A stretch of 64,000 nucleotides of DNA. Origin: Octopus vulgaris. Lineage: Eukaryota. The position numbers and the translations under genes were made by a program. The notes beneath the pieces were generated by a model, which was not told where the DNA came from, did not search any database, and worked only from the letters and a program-made list of their open reading frames with translations. The stretch is from contig OX597816.1 of the NCBI GenBank assembly GCA_951406725.2, positions 139,810,001 to 139,874,000 of the forward strand. The letters are read 5' to 3'. Position 1 is the stretch's first letter. Each line of letters starts with the position of its first letter. Shown one piece after another: positions 14,494 through 28,105 of this stretch.

Positions 14494-14676
14494 TGTGTGT
14501 GCGTATGAGTGCGTGTGTGTGTATGTTCCTGCATCATTTTACCATTCAATCAATATAGGCATACACACATACATGCATACATGCATATGTGTATACATAC
14601 ATGTTATGTTCAGATATATGTATATATATATGTGTGTGTTTGTGTGTATGTATGTATGCATGCATACACATATATA

Positions 14677-14742
<66 letters not shown>

Positions 14743-15095
14743 TATATATACATAGACACACCCACAACCAAACACCCACCCACCGACACACGCTCATATA
14801 CACACACACACACGCACACACACACACATATATATCCCGTCGTTGCCAGAACTTTTACAGTAGAATGCCTTTATTTCATTTTTTTTTTCTTTTTTGCCTT
14901 TGTTAGACCATATCTTCTCTCCGACGGGCAGACCTCTTGATCAGGACAGATTTCTACATTATTTGGGGCAATTTCTATTGTTCCGATAAATTAAGTTTTT
15001 GTTTTTCCGTTTGGTACATAGATATAAAGATTTTTCTTAGCTTACTGTTGATGTTTTGGGATAGTCTATAGACCCCGTCACCCTAGCGAAATTCC

Positions 15096-15242
<147 letters not shown>

Positions 15243-15479
15243 CAGCGTGAGTGATATACATATAAACATATAAATAGGAGTGAGAGAAAGTATGGTAAAT
15301 ATATATAGAGAGGAGGAAGTTTACAATGAAAACAGTGTAGTGAAAGAAAGACAAAGACAGATACAGAGAAAGAGAGAGAGAGAGCGAGAGAGATTTTCTG
15401 TCACTGTCACAGATTTTGAAATTTCAAAATTAAGTGAAAATTTGGTATATTGATGTACTTTTTTCACGCTGAATCTGAT

Positions 15480-15733
15480 TTCCTGATTCATTTATTGCAG
15501 GAAAATTTTCGAATTTTACCTAATAAGAAAACGGAGTTTGAAAGCTAGCATTTTCTGTGTGATAACTATCACAAAATGAAAGTAAACATTACAACAACGA
15601 AGATTTAAACAAAATGAAAGCAATTACATGACATATCAAGCGAGAGAGAGAGAGAGAGAGGGGAGAGCAAGGTATACAGAGAGAGAGAGAGGGAAGAGCA
15701 AGGTATACAAAGAGAGAGAGCGGAGAGCAAGGT

Positions 15734-15779
<46 letters not shown>

Positions 15780-16420
15780 TGGAGTGCAATATATACACAG
15801 AGAGAGAATGAGAGAGTGGGAGAGAGAACGAGAGAATGAGAAAGAGAACGAAAGAGTGAGAACGAAAGAGTGAGAGAAAGTGAGTGAGAGGGAAAGAGTG
15901 ATAAAGAGTGTGGTTATTATCTAGAGAGAGGAAAAAGATGTAGAACAGAAAAAGAGCCGGATGGAGACAGATAGAGTGGTAAATTTGCCGATCTAAAAGT
16001 CGAGTTATTTCTCGTAGCACATCATATATTTTTTCTTTTTGTTACTAATTGCCAAATACCTTCTTGTTGGGACGCAGATTTCTAAACTCGACTTTTAGAT
16101 CGATAATGCTACCCTTCTATAATAACTATCTATCTCTCTCTATGTCCTTAACACGTTCCCTTTTCTATATATAATTTACCACTTTCCCTAACTCTTGCTA
16201 CTCCCCACTCAGTCTCCCGCTAGATATGACATGTGACTGCTTTCATTTTGTTAAAAAAATTCGTTGTTGGAGCATCTAATGATTTCATTTTCATTTTGTG
16301 ATAGTCAGCTATCACGCAGAAAATGTTTGCTTCTAAACCCTATTTTCTGATTGGGTAAAAATTACTAAATTTTAAACCCCAGTAAGATTTTTCGAAAGTT
16401 TTTCTTGAATAAGTGAATCA
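15480..16420. mobile_element. Old degenerate foldback element centred near 16040
   Basis: 15545-15645 mirrors 16210-16330 and cgatctaaaagtcgagtt mirrors aactcgacttttagatcg; the right side ends at a SINE A insertion. Confidence 0.6.
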
Positions 16421-16423
16421 TAA

Positions 16424-16845
16424 GGCGCAGGAGTGGCTGTGTGGTAAGTAGCTTGTTTACCAACCACATGGTTCCGGGTTCAGTCCCACTGCGTCGCACC
16501 TTGGGCAAGTGTCTTCTACTATAGCCCCGGGCCGACCAATGCCTTGTGAGTGGATTTGGTAGACGGAAACTGAAAGAAGCCCGTCGTATATATGTATATA
16601 TATATATATATATATGTATGCGTGTGTGTGTTTGTGTGTCTGTGTTTGTCCCCCTAGCATTGCTTGACAACCGATGCTGGTGTGTCCCCGTAACTTAGCG
16701 GTTCGGCAAAAGAGACCGATATAATAAGTACTGGGCTTACAAAAGAATAAGTCCCGGGGTCGAGTTGCTCGATTAAAGGCGGTGCTCCAGCATGGCCGCA
16801 GTCAAATGACTGAAACAAGTAAAAGAGTGAAAGAGTAAAAGAGTA
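16424..16845 (+). mobile_element. SINE family A, full length
   Basis: ggcgcaggagtggctgtgtggtaag head through (AAAAGAGT)n tail. Confidence 0.9.
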
Positions 16846-16864
16846 TAAGATCGGATTCAGCGTG

Positions 16865-16915
<51 letters not shown>

Positions 16916-16944
16916 TATGCGCGTGTGTGTGCGTATGTGTGTAC

Positions 16945-17282
16945 GTGCATGCCAGTTGACATTGCCATAGCGGGAGAATAATCTCTCTCCTTAGCACTGC
17001 CGTAGCAACTGCATTGTTTGTCTTGCGATATGAGCAGTTGTCCCATCTTGCTGGAACCATGTGTGAGGTCTACATTGAATGGCCTTCACGTTTCCTATAC
17101 TAGACTAGGGTTTACGTCAACAAACCGAAGACTCTGGTGCAACTCAAAGAGAACATCAATAGAGAAGCCAGATAAGTGGGGTCTAAAACTCTTAGGGGTG
17201 TTATGGTGCATTTTCGGAAAGAGCATGGGCGTGTAACGCCGAAAATGGCTGACATTTAAGCGATTTCATTTTTCATATGTAA
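16945..17282. mobile_element. Tc1/mariner (rosa/DD41D-like) transposase fragments in opposite orientations
   Basis: Minus 16945-17090 WFQQDGTTAHIARQTMQLLRQ..RLFSRYGNVNW; plus 17105-17282 RVYVNKPKTLVQLKENI..HLSDFIF. Confidence 0.7.
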
Positions 17283-17509
17283 CTGGTACTTAATTTATCG
17301 ACGCCGAAAGAATGAAAGCAAAGTCGACCTCGCCAAAGACCTAAGATTTTTGTTTTATGTTGAATATAAACTTTGTATATTCTAACATGTATTTTCTAAT
17401 AAGCGCTGAGGGGTTTATTCCTACAAGATGAAAAAAATGTCAAGCTAATACACCTGCTTATTGTTCATACATTTGTCTTCGTCTTTTGTTTTTCTGTAAA
17501 TTCCTCTAA

Positions 17510-17575
<66 letters not shown>

Positions 17576-17983
17576 CTTTTTTTACTCATTTACTCTTTTA
17601 CTTGTTTCAGTCAGTGGACTGCGGCCATGCTGGAGCACCGCCTTTAGTCGAGCAACTCGACCCCGGGACTTATTCTTTGTAAGCCCAGTACTTATTCTAT
17701 CGGTCTCTTTTGCCGAACCGCTAAGTGACGGGGACATAAACACACCAGCATCGGTTGTCAAGCAATGCTAGGGGGACAAACCCAGACACACAAACATACA
17801 CACACACATATATATATATACGACGGGCTTCTTTCAGTTTCCGTCTACCAAATCCACTCACAAGGCTTTGATCGGCCCGAGGCTATAGTAGAAGACACTT
17901 GCCCAAGGTGCCACGCAGTGGGACTGAACCCGGAACCATGTGGTTAGTAACAAAGCTACTTACCACACAGCCACTCCTGCGCC
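17576..17983 (-). mobile_element. SINE family A, full length
   Basis: Reverse complement of 16424-16845. Confidence 0.9.
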
Positions 17984-18205
17984 TAATATATATATATATA
18001 TATATATAAAATACAAAATGGGACAAGAATGCAAAACATCCGGACAACTAAGGGATACAAAGAGGGTCAACAAAACATCCAGATGAACGATACAAAAAAC
18101 ACGGACGGGTCATTCGCAGCCTTTAATCTTCAGTCAAGAACCGGATCATCCTCGCAATACACATATATATATATATGTATGTATATACACATATATACAT
18201 GTATA

Positions 18206-18252
<47 letters not shown>

Positions 18253-18265
18253 GCATGTATGTATA

Positions 18266-18435
<170 letters not shown>

Positions 18436-18703
18436 GGCTTTATGAGCTTATATAACAAAGGTTAACATACTTCTTGAAAGGATGTGACTTTCGATTGGGT
18501 AAAATTACCCAAAATATGCAAACTTGACTTTTTATTTAAGGTAGAAATGAAGATCATTTCAGTAATTAACGTAAAAAACTACACCAATACATCAAATTTT
18601 AAATCAATTGGAACAAAATTGAAGGATTTCAAAAGTGAAAGCCAAACAGAAAAGATCCTATATATAATATATATACATATATATATATATGTATATATAT
18701 ATA

Positions 18704-18748
<45 letters not shown>

Positions 18749-18940
18749 AGAACAATCTTACTTAGAAAGGGATGCGTGCGTTCCGTCATATAATATATTA
18801 ATTAATAAAACATATGCATATATATATATACATATATGTACGTACCTACCTCTACATGTTTATATACACGCATATATGAGTACATGACAAATAACACAAG
18901 GAAAAAAACCCTTCTTCAGTCCCCATGGTTTCATCTACTC

Positions 18941-19055
<115 letters not shown>

Positions 19056-19064
19056 GTATATTTA

Positions 19065-19444
19065 TCTCTATATATATAAACGGCAAAATGTCTGTCGGTG
19101 TGTGTGTGTGTGTGTGTATCCTTTATACAAATCCACAATTTTTCAGTTAGAGGGTTCGCACTTTCTATGATCATTCAAAACCGTCCAAGTGTGGTCGTGC
19201 ACATCTTTCCATTTCCCCAGTCACCCCGCAAAGCCATTAAAAAAATCAATAGATGTGACTTTTTTGTGAATTTTCTATCCAAAACCCAATCAAAATGCCC
19301 GAAACTTGATACGCCAATTGAATGCCAGCTAGCTGTATGTGATTGGTCGGAGATTTGGACAGTACTCGCGTGTATGTGCGCAAGCACGCAACTGTATATG
19401 CATGCACTAGCACTATGACCCGGCGTTGCTGGGTCATAGTGCTA

Positions 19445-19445
<1 letters not shown>
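19065..19445 (+). mobile_element. Non-autonomous Helitron
   Basis: A|TCTCTATATATATAAA 5' end; 3' hairpin 19406-19446 ending CTAG|T; no TSD. Confidence 0.75.
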
Positions 19446-19485
<40 letters not shown>

Positions 19486-19489
<4 letters not shown>

Positions 19490-20335
19490 ATTTAACATAA
19501 AATATAAATTACTAAGTAGACAAGAACACAAGGAGACGACACAAAAAAACGACAGGTCACTCGAAGCCTCTGATCCTCAGTCGGGAACCGGATCATCTTA
19601 GTGATTTCGGCTGTTTAATCTCGATATCACTCCGAAACGGCCAGCCCCAAGGACACTCCAAGCCACAGGCATTGGACTCCCTGGCCAGAGGGCCGAATGT
19701 ACACGGAACAAAGACAGGATGCCACACGAATGTAAAAACAAGAAACAAAAATATATATAAAACAGAAATAAAAACACGAAGGTGGACAGTACAAAGGACA
19801 GAAGCGTCATACGACTTTAGACAATTATAACTTATCTGGCGGCGTAAATGAAAAAGGCCTTCAACGGCTCAAACGAAGACAACATGGCTGCGGTCAGGCC
19901 GAAGTGGCGGTTTGAACGCAGTCACGTGAGAGGACGGAAGAAAGAGAAAGAAAAAGGAAGGCAGGGAGCAATGAATCAAAGAGAGAAGGGAAGAAAGGGA
20001 CGAAGGCAATAGGGGGGAGAGAGAGAGAGAAGGGAGTACTAAGGGAGGGGAGAAGAAACAGGATTCGAGAAAAGAGAAAGACACATACTATAGAGAGAGC
20101 GTGTAAAGACGTCGTACAAGGTGAGGATGTGTGATATACATAGGAGTTGGGTACGTAAACACCGCAAATATATGTATGCAATTTAACATAAAATATATAT
20201 TACTAAGTAGACAAGAACACAAGGAGACGACACAAAAAAACGACAGGTCACTCGAAGCCTCTGATCCTCAGTCGGGAACCGGATCATCTTAGTGATTTCG
20301 GCTGTTTAATCTCGATATCACTCCGAAACGGCCAG
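19486..20335. mobile_element. Element with 159-bp direct terminal repeats (Penelope pLTR-like) between TA tracts
   Basis: 19486-19644 and 20177-20335 are near-identical; related fragment at about 18100-18157. Confidence 0.65.
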
Positions 20336-20342
20336 ATATATA

Positions 20343-20469
20343 TATACAATAATATGTTACATTACTCGATAGTCAAGATAAAACTCTGAGTTTCAGATGC
20401 CGAAGTCTTCGGCATCTGAAACTCAGAGTTTTATCTTGACTATCGAGTAATGTAACATATTATTGTATA
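20343..20469. repeat. Perfect palindrome, 63-bp arms, 1-nt spacer
   Basis: Centre gatgccgaag-t-cttcggcatc; the right arm has GAAACTCAGAGTT (hammerhead 3'-half-like). Confidence 0.9.
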
Positions 20470-20738
20470 GATAAATTTCCTCTATTTACATAATATTGAG
20501 GTCTCTTTCTTTCTTTTGTTATCTTACCGTTTTACCAATATATATATATATGTATATATATATAATTGCATCATTACTACATGCCTGCAATAACCTCAAG
20601 AGTGACTAAAGAGGATAGAACCGATACTATGGTATAATTAAGTAATACTTTTTAATCAGGTGCATGCCGTACTAATTAAACGAAAGCGTAGTGACGTCAA
20701 ACTGTTTATATATCTGTAGTGTTTTGTGTTCAACACAC

Positions 20739-20834
<96 letters not shown>

Positions 20835-20984
20835 ACAGCTTCGAACTACAACCAGAAATGTAACTAAATATCTACATATAATTATTACGGGAGTTCTTTT
20901 TCTAGTCAGTGTGTATGCACGTCCACCCTCGACACACACATACATATATTCTTGTCTATATCTATCAGTGTGTGTGTGTGTGTA

Positions 20985-21051
<67 letters not shown>

Positions 21052-21064
21052 CATGCTTTCAAAA

Positions 21065-21270
21065 TGTGACCTCGTGTGTACCGTTGGCGATTTTTTTCCT
21101 TCTGTCTTCCCTTCTCTGGATCTTTCCTTCTCCTATCTTTTCGACGAAGAGCTCCGCTCGAAACGTTAAAACCTCCTCCTTTCCTTCTTTCCTGAGCGTC
21201 CAACAATACTATATTTGTTCCACGTCCTCGCGTTGTTGTGTTTTTTTTGTGCTTTCTTGTTTGGATTAAC

Positions 21271-21272
<2 letters not shown>
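21065..21272 (+). mobile_element. Second copy of the pLTR-like fragment with a hammerhead variant at 21138-21170
   Basis: TTT-TCGACGA-A-GAGC-tcc-GCTC-GAAACGTT-AAA; homologous to 1593-1805. Confidence 0.65.
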
Positions 21273-21302
<30 letters not shown>

Positions 21303-21324
21303 CATACATACATACATACATACA

Positions 21325-21356
<32 letters not shown>

Positions 21357-22160
21357 CATAGGTAATTATTTGGACTTTGGATATATGTTTAGTAGTATGC
21401 CGATTAAAGCTCTTACACATTTTAGGCTACCTGATGTCATCCACGATTTTGATACAATTGACACTAGATCTATTCAGGAATTCCGCAGTGTTTGTTGAGT
21501 TTAGAATAAAAGAGGGAAACAGAAAATTGAGTTAGCAAGAATTTTTATTCTACACTTGCGAACTCTATTTTCCATTTCTCTCATTCATTATATAGAATGA
21601 AGAAGGAAAACTACTCCTCAGCTATATGATACTGACTCAAAGTAGTTTCTTCCTTTTACCCACACAGTTTCATTCAACTGGAAAACGCCAGAGATTATCA
21701 ACATTATCAACATTACATAGAAAATGATAAATAGAGAGTGGTGAATTTCGAGAATGATACCAGTATCGATTTGTGGGGAAGACTTTGAAAATAAAGTGGA
21801 CAGGTATAGGTACACACACACACACACACAGATATCTATTTATCTATCTAGGTATAGATGATAGAGAGAGAGAGAGAGAGATACATATATCACATAGATA
21901 GATAGATATACATATCACACACACATTAAAAGAGAGAGTATATAGTGTATATCTATTTATATATCTATCTAGGTATAGATAGAAATATATGTATATATAT
22001 ATATATATACAAATTGAGATAGGGGTTGTAAATGCAACCCTCTATGGGATAACATATATCCAATATACTGCTGGTGAAGTACCCAACAAAGTTAATACAT
22101 AAATGTTAATGATTGCGATGCAATCAATTCATTTACTGTATTATATGGGCAAAGGTAAAA

Positions 22161-22199
<39 letters not shown>

Positions 22200-22666
22200 G
22201 CACATACACATCATACACACACATATCCGCGCTTGTGTGAGAGAGAGAGAGAGAAGTGTGTGAGTGAGGCAGTAAGAATAAAGAAAAGGAATGAGTAAAA
22301 GTAAAAAAAATAAGTATAACTGAAAGAAGGCAGATAGCAGATTCCTTAATTTTTGACGACTACCACGCCAGTATACATGGAAGTGTGTGTATGTGTGTGT
22401 GTGAGAGAGCATGTGTGTGTTTGTACCTGTGTGTGAGTGAGTGAGTGAGTGAGTGAGTGAGTGAGTGAGTGAGTGAGTGAATGTATGTTTACAGGAATAC
22501 ATTGCCTTTAATCCTTTCGAGGTCGATTAAATAAATATTACTTGAGCAGTGGGATCGATGTAATTGACTTGTTCTCACCACACATCCACCTTACACTCCC
22601 GAAATTGCTGGCCTTGTGCCAAAATTTGAAACCAAATATTTGCATGTGCGTGCGTGTGTGTGTGTA

Positions 22667-23080
22667 AGGCGGCGTGTTGGCAGAACCTTTCGTACATCTG
22701 CACTTTATGAGTTCAAATTCCGCCAAGGTCGACATTGTTTTAACCCTTTTGTTACTGCATTTATTTTGAGATGCTCTGTGTTTCTTTCAATTACTCTAAA
22801 TAGAACAAAGAATTTAGTAAAATAACTTAGTTATCATTCAGCTAGTGTTAGGAACATAAATTGTGACTAAAGTTTGGTGGAAGATTTTAATTCAAAACTT
22901 ATGAAAACAAGACATTTGTACTACAGAGCCAGAGCCGGTTTCAGCCAGGTTGGTAATGAAAGGGTTAAATCTTTTCGGGGTCGATAAATTAAGTACCAGT
23001 TGTATACTGGAGTCGATGTAATCGACTAACTCCTGCTTCGCTTCGAAAGTGATGGCCTTGTGCCAAAATTTGAAACCAGT
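22667..23080 (+). mobile_element. SINE family B interrupted by a MITE
   Basis: Head at 22667 resumes as cttttcggggtcgataaattaagtacc at about 22970. Confidence 0.75.
22744..22964. mobile_element. piggyBac-type MITE (221 bp)
   Basis: TTAA-CCCTTTTGTTAC .. GTAATGAAAGGG-TTAA. Confidence 0.8.
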
Positions 23081-23432
23081 ATCGTTATAGTGTGTGTCTG
23101 TGTGCGTGTGTGTGTGCGCGCGTGTGTGTGTGTGTGTGTGTGTGTGTGCGTCTGTGTGTGTGTGTCTGTGTGTGTGAGTGTGTTTGCGTGCGTGTATTTG
23201 TACACGCAGTGAAGGTTGAATGAGGGGAGTAAATTAAGTTACATAAATGCCAAGTAGCTGCAGTTTGTACATATTTGCGTTATATTGCAGCAGAACATTT
23301 ATCGAATTACTTGCTTGCATTTATACAAGCACTTCCACATCCGTATAAGTACTTTACGGTATGTGTGTGTGTGTATGTGTGTGTATGTCCCCTCATTCTA
23401 TACACACACGTACGCACACACACACACACTCA

Positions 23433-23488
<56 letters not shown>

Positions 23489-24379
23489 AATGGATATATG
23501 TATGTGAATTTTAATTGTATCTTACTTCTGGGTTCATTATGATTGAATGGTTAATAAGTGTTTACCGGTTTCCGGTACACTATTTTTGGTTTTGTTTGTT
23601 TATTTGTTGACTTGTTTTTCTCTTTTTTTCTTCCTGTTTTTTTTTTTGTTTTTTTTTTTCGTGAAGGTATACATATCATCAGCGGAAACCTTTTTACTGG
23701 CGCCTCTTAATCATTACTGCTATATTTTAAAACTTAACCAACCATTTTTATTTTGGTTGCACCTTTTTTACTCATGTATCTAATGAGACTATAACAGCTT
23801 TAATTCTTTCACTTTGTAGTTCTTTTTTGTATCCCCCACCCCGGGTCAACTATCATTGAACAAACTTATGTTGGAACAACATTTCAGCCGTATCTGCCCT
23901 GCCTTTTTTTTTTATCCATGTTAAACTGTTTTGCGTAATGTATACTTCCCTTTTCAGGATTTATGCATTACGCAAAAGGAGATTTGGCTGTTTTTCTAGT
24001 TTATCATGCGCCGGCGTAGAGGCTCCACTCCCTGGCTTTTGCCTTTGTTTGTCTTATATAATTACACCAAAATAGTCCGCTTGTACTTCCTGTTCAGTTT
24101 TAGTTTGGTAATCACAAAAAGCAATATGTTGAATTTTTGAAGACTGAAAATCAACAGTTTTCAATCTTTCTCTCTTGGGAAACCCATGAAATATATATTT
24201 CTACGAATTATAAATGTTCATTAATCTTTCTTTTCCTCGAAGTTAAATTTCATGGGGCAAAGATAATATATTTTTCTGATAACTGTTTTAAGCAAAAAAA
24301 TTAAATAAATAAAGAAAGAAAGAAAAGAAAAATAACTCAGATTTTCCTCAAGTATATTCATAATGCAAAAAAGAATAGA

Positions 24380-25125
24380 AACTTAACTGCTTCTTCAAGA
24401 AAGCTAAGGAGCGTTTTATGGAGACTTGAAGAAAAAATAAAAGATGCCTTAACCAAAACCTTTCGTCTTGACCAAGTCCTTGATTTAGAGTAATTTCTCC
24501 AACAATTCCTTATTAATGTCATTTTTCAGTGGTGTCTTTTTAGTACCCAGAGATTCTAGGATTGTCTTAGGTAGGAAAATATGCCAAATGTGCATAAAAA
24601 TTACGAATATAATAATGATCCTGGCCAAAACAGTTTCATAAATGTCTCCCAAATGTCAATGCTTGTTTTCAAACTTTTGGTTAACCTTTGTTTAAAATTA
24701 ACCTTGTTTAAAGTCATATCAGTGCATGCACGCAACATACATACAAGCAAACATATATGCATACATACATGCCTACATGTATACATTATATAAATTCGTA
24801 CATATCCCCAAGTACCCATTTACTAGCTTGTCAGTCAACTGATTCATAAATAGATCTTACTAAAAACTCCTTGGAGAGAAATCTGTATCAGCTGTTATTT
24901 CATACCTCTCAAATTCATTAGCTACCATAATTATGTTGCTGATTTCATATTCACAAATTTGGGCAAGATAGTTACTGCTCTCTTTCCTCCACTTAAGATG
25001 TTCTTTCAGTGTCACATGACATATGATGTCATATGACATCAATTCAGGTTTGAGACCACGGCTACCATCCTTGCATGGGAAGTATACTCTGTCCACATCT
25101 CCATTGATGTTGACGTTTTCTGTAA
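24380..25125 (-). mobile_element. Highly degraded R4/Dong-like LINE fragments
   Basis: DVDRVYFPCKDGSRGL resembles DVDRLYxPRxxGGRGL; weaker GQDH..RNF and KELLEKL..KDL further downstream. Confidence 0.5.
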
Positions 25126-25170
25126 CACTGAACAGCTTGTGACTTCAACCACTCCTCCCACTGATTTCTT

Positions 25171-25609
25171 CCAGTTGGAGGAGATGTCTTCCTGAGGTTA
25201 AAACAGCAGTATCGTCTCTGAGGGAACACACACGTTAAAGCCACGATAAACGCTACTTTTTCTTCGCATATTGCTTCTATCTAGAATAGAGATTTTCTAT
25301 CAGACTAGTTTCCTTCTTACAAAATCAGTGACTGTATGGCGCTGTATTTTCTATATATTGCTGGCGAGGTTAAGCTACTGCCATTCCTGGCAAACGAGTG
25401 CCCATCAACAAAGAGATCCAATACGATTGGGATCAAGTGGTCAGGTGGTCTCGAAACTAGGGTGGCAGGAGTTATCCTCTGCTTGCAATATATGTCGTGT
25501 GCGGAAAGCACACTGTCTAAACCAGCTGCAGGAGATGTCTTCCTGGAGTTAAAACAGTAGTATCGTCGTCTCCTAAAAAACAACTACCTTGAAGTGGCAA
25601 TAAACACTG
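25171..25609. repeat. Diverged ~85-bp direct repeat with ~351-bp period
   Basis: ccagttggaggagatgtcttcctgaggttaaaacagcagtatcgtc (25171) vs ccagctgcaggagatgtcttcctggagttaaaacagtagtatcgtc (25522). Confidence 0.75.
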
Positions 25610-25887
25610 AATTTATTAACGTTATTTTAGTATGAAATGAAGCATGTTAAGAAGTTGGTAGAGAAAGATAAAAGATTTTATGACTACATGAACAAAGAAA
25701 TGTAGCTCGACGGCTACCTTGGACATCATCTTGAATTTTTAGGTTCCTCTTCAATTCTTTTCTGGTGCGTATGTTTCTAACAATATCTTGGAAGATTTTT
25801 TCCAAACAAGAAAGATTTTTGCCGCTTTACAATGTTTGTTTGAATCTCCGTGTGTCTGTTTGTCTGTCTATCTTTCTCTCCCTCCCC

Positions 25888-25949
<62 letters not shown>

Positions 25950-26101
25950 ATCACGTGACCGACCAGACCATCAGATGTTGTTACACATCGCTGGTCACAA
26001 TGCGTTCGCATTGTTTTAGCCTTCGAATGACGCCACCCCGCTGGCTAAGCGAGCAGGCCAATATATATATATATACACATACATACATGCACATATATAT
26101 A

Positions 26102-26336
26102 TTCTTTTATTCTTTTTCTATTATTTGTTTCAGTCATTTGACTGCGGCCATACTGGAGCATTGCCTTTAGTCGAACAAATCGACATCAGGCTTTATTCTT
26201 TGTAAGCCTAGTACTTATTCTATCGGTCTCTTTTACTGAACCGCTAAGTTACGGGGGCATAAACACACCAATATCGATTGTTAAGCGATGTGGGAGGACA
26301 AACACAGAGACACAAACATATACACACACGCGCACG

Positions 26337-26370
<34 letters not shown>

Positions 26371-26533
26371 CGACGGGCTTCTTTCAGTTTCCGTCTACCA
26401 ACTCCACTCACAAGACTTTGGTCGGCCCGAGGTAATAGCAGAAGACACTTGCCCAAGATGCCACGCAGTGGGACTGAACCCGGAACCATGTGGTTGGTAA
26501 GCAAGCTACTTACCACACAACCAAGCCTGCGCC
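26102..26533 (-). mobile_element. SINE family A, full length
   Basis: Reverse complement of the family A consensus. Confidence 0.9.
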
Positions 26534-26674
26534 TATATATATATGTGTGTGTGTGTGTGCGTGCGCGCGTGTGTTAGTAATTACTAAGGGATTTTTCCAA
26601 CCGTTCCAAAGGAATGAAAGATAATGCTACTGCTACTTTGTAATAATCCTTATTATATACATATTATATACATA

Positions 26675-26830
26675 GGCGCAGGAGTGGCTGTGTGGTAAGT
26701 AGCTTGCTTACCAACCACATGGTTCCGGGTTCAGTCTTGGGCAAGTGTCTTCTACTATAGCCTCGGGCCGACCAAAGCCTTGTGAGTGGATTTGGTAGAC
26801 GGAAACTGAAAGAAGCCCGTCGTATATATG

Positions 26831-26880
<50 letters not shown>

Positions 26881-27093
26881 TGTGTTTTGTCTGTCCCCCT
26901 AGCATTGCTTGACAACCGATGCTGGTGTGTTTACGTCACCGTCACTTAGCGGTTCGGCAAAAGAGAGCGATAGAATAAGTACTGGGCTTACAAAGAATTA
27001 GTCCCGGGTTCGATTTGTTCGACTAAAGGCGGTGCTCCAGCATGGCCGCAGTCAAATGACTGACACAAGTAAAAGAGTAAAAGAGTAAAGAGT
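26675..27093 (+). mobile_element. SINE family A, near full length
   Basis: Head to tail with a small deletion after the B box. Confidence 0.9.
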
Positions 27094-27129
27094 ATATATA
27101 GATATACATACATATATATACAGACATAC

Positions 27130-27194
<65 letters not shown>

Positions 27195-27196
<2 letters not shown>

Positions 27197-27435
27197 CCAG
27201 GAGGGAAGGAGAAAGAGTTGAACAAACGAAGTGCATGGTTGGTGTCATGGATGTGAGAGGGGAGGGAAGCCACTAGGGTGGGGCAAAGACACGGTCAAGA
27301 TATCTGAAGATGAGTTCGGTGGAGCAGTTACAGGCGGAGACGATGGGGCGGCCTAGGTTGTTAGATTTGTGGATTTGGGAGAAGTAAATTGTGGGAGTGC
27401 GAGGGGTGCGGACAATGAGGTTAGAGGCGGTGCAT
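27195..27435 (-). mobile_element. Penelope-like reverse transcriptase fragment
   Basis: PRTPTIYFSQIHKSNNLGRPIVSACNCSTELIFRYLD, frameshift, then VASLPSHIHDTNHAL (PKIHK..RPIVS..KDT motifs). Confidence 0.85.
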
Positions 27436-27505
27436 GTGTGTGTATACAGTATATAGATAAATAGAAAGACATATATCACAACATATTGTCTTTCACCTTC
27501 TCTCT

Positions 27506-27552
<47 letters not shown>

Positions 27553-27894
27553 ACTTGATCTGCTCTCACATCCTCTTAAATGTAGAAATACCAACCCCGC
27601 CATCAATATATAAATGAATAATTTTTTGCCTCTCCCCATCATTTAATCGAAGGTAATAAAGGTTTTATCTGTATCATACCTTTTTTCCACGCCAGTATGT
27701 TGGACAAGCTTAAATCCATCTTACCTTTGTTAAACGTTGCAATTTAGCACTCGCTTTTCAATCCACAAAACTTTCCGTGGAGCAAAACATCTCCCTTCCT
27801 TAGACTATACGTTTTGGTACGAAAGTTTTATTAAACTCTCTAAGGACGTCTCTTGCAGATTCCATCAAACACGCACCAAGTATATAAATAGATG

Positions 27895-28105
27895 ACGAAC
27901 TTGGAGAACCGTTAGCACGCCGGGCAAAATGCTTAGCGGCATTTCGTCCATCTCTACGGTCTGAGTTCAACTTCCGCCGAAGCTGACTTTGCCTTTCGTC
28001 ATTTCGAGGTCAATAAAATAAGTACCAGTTGATCACTGGATTCTATGTAATCGACTTATCCCTGTCCTCAAAATTGCTGGCTTCATGCCAACATTTGAAA
28101 CCAAT
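27895..28105 (+). mobile_element. SINE family B
   Basis: cgttagcacgccgggc..ctgagttcaa..gcctttcg..taagtaccag. Confidence 0.8.

Noticed and set aside
16424-16500. tRNA gene
   Set aside because: A/B boxes belong to SINE heads; no complete cloverleaf
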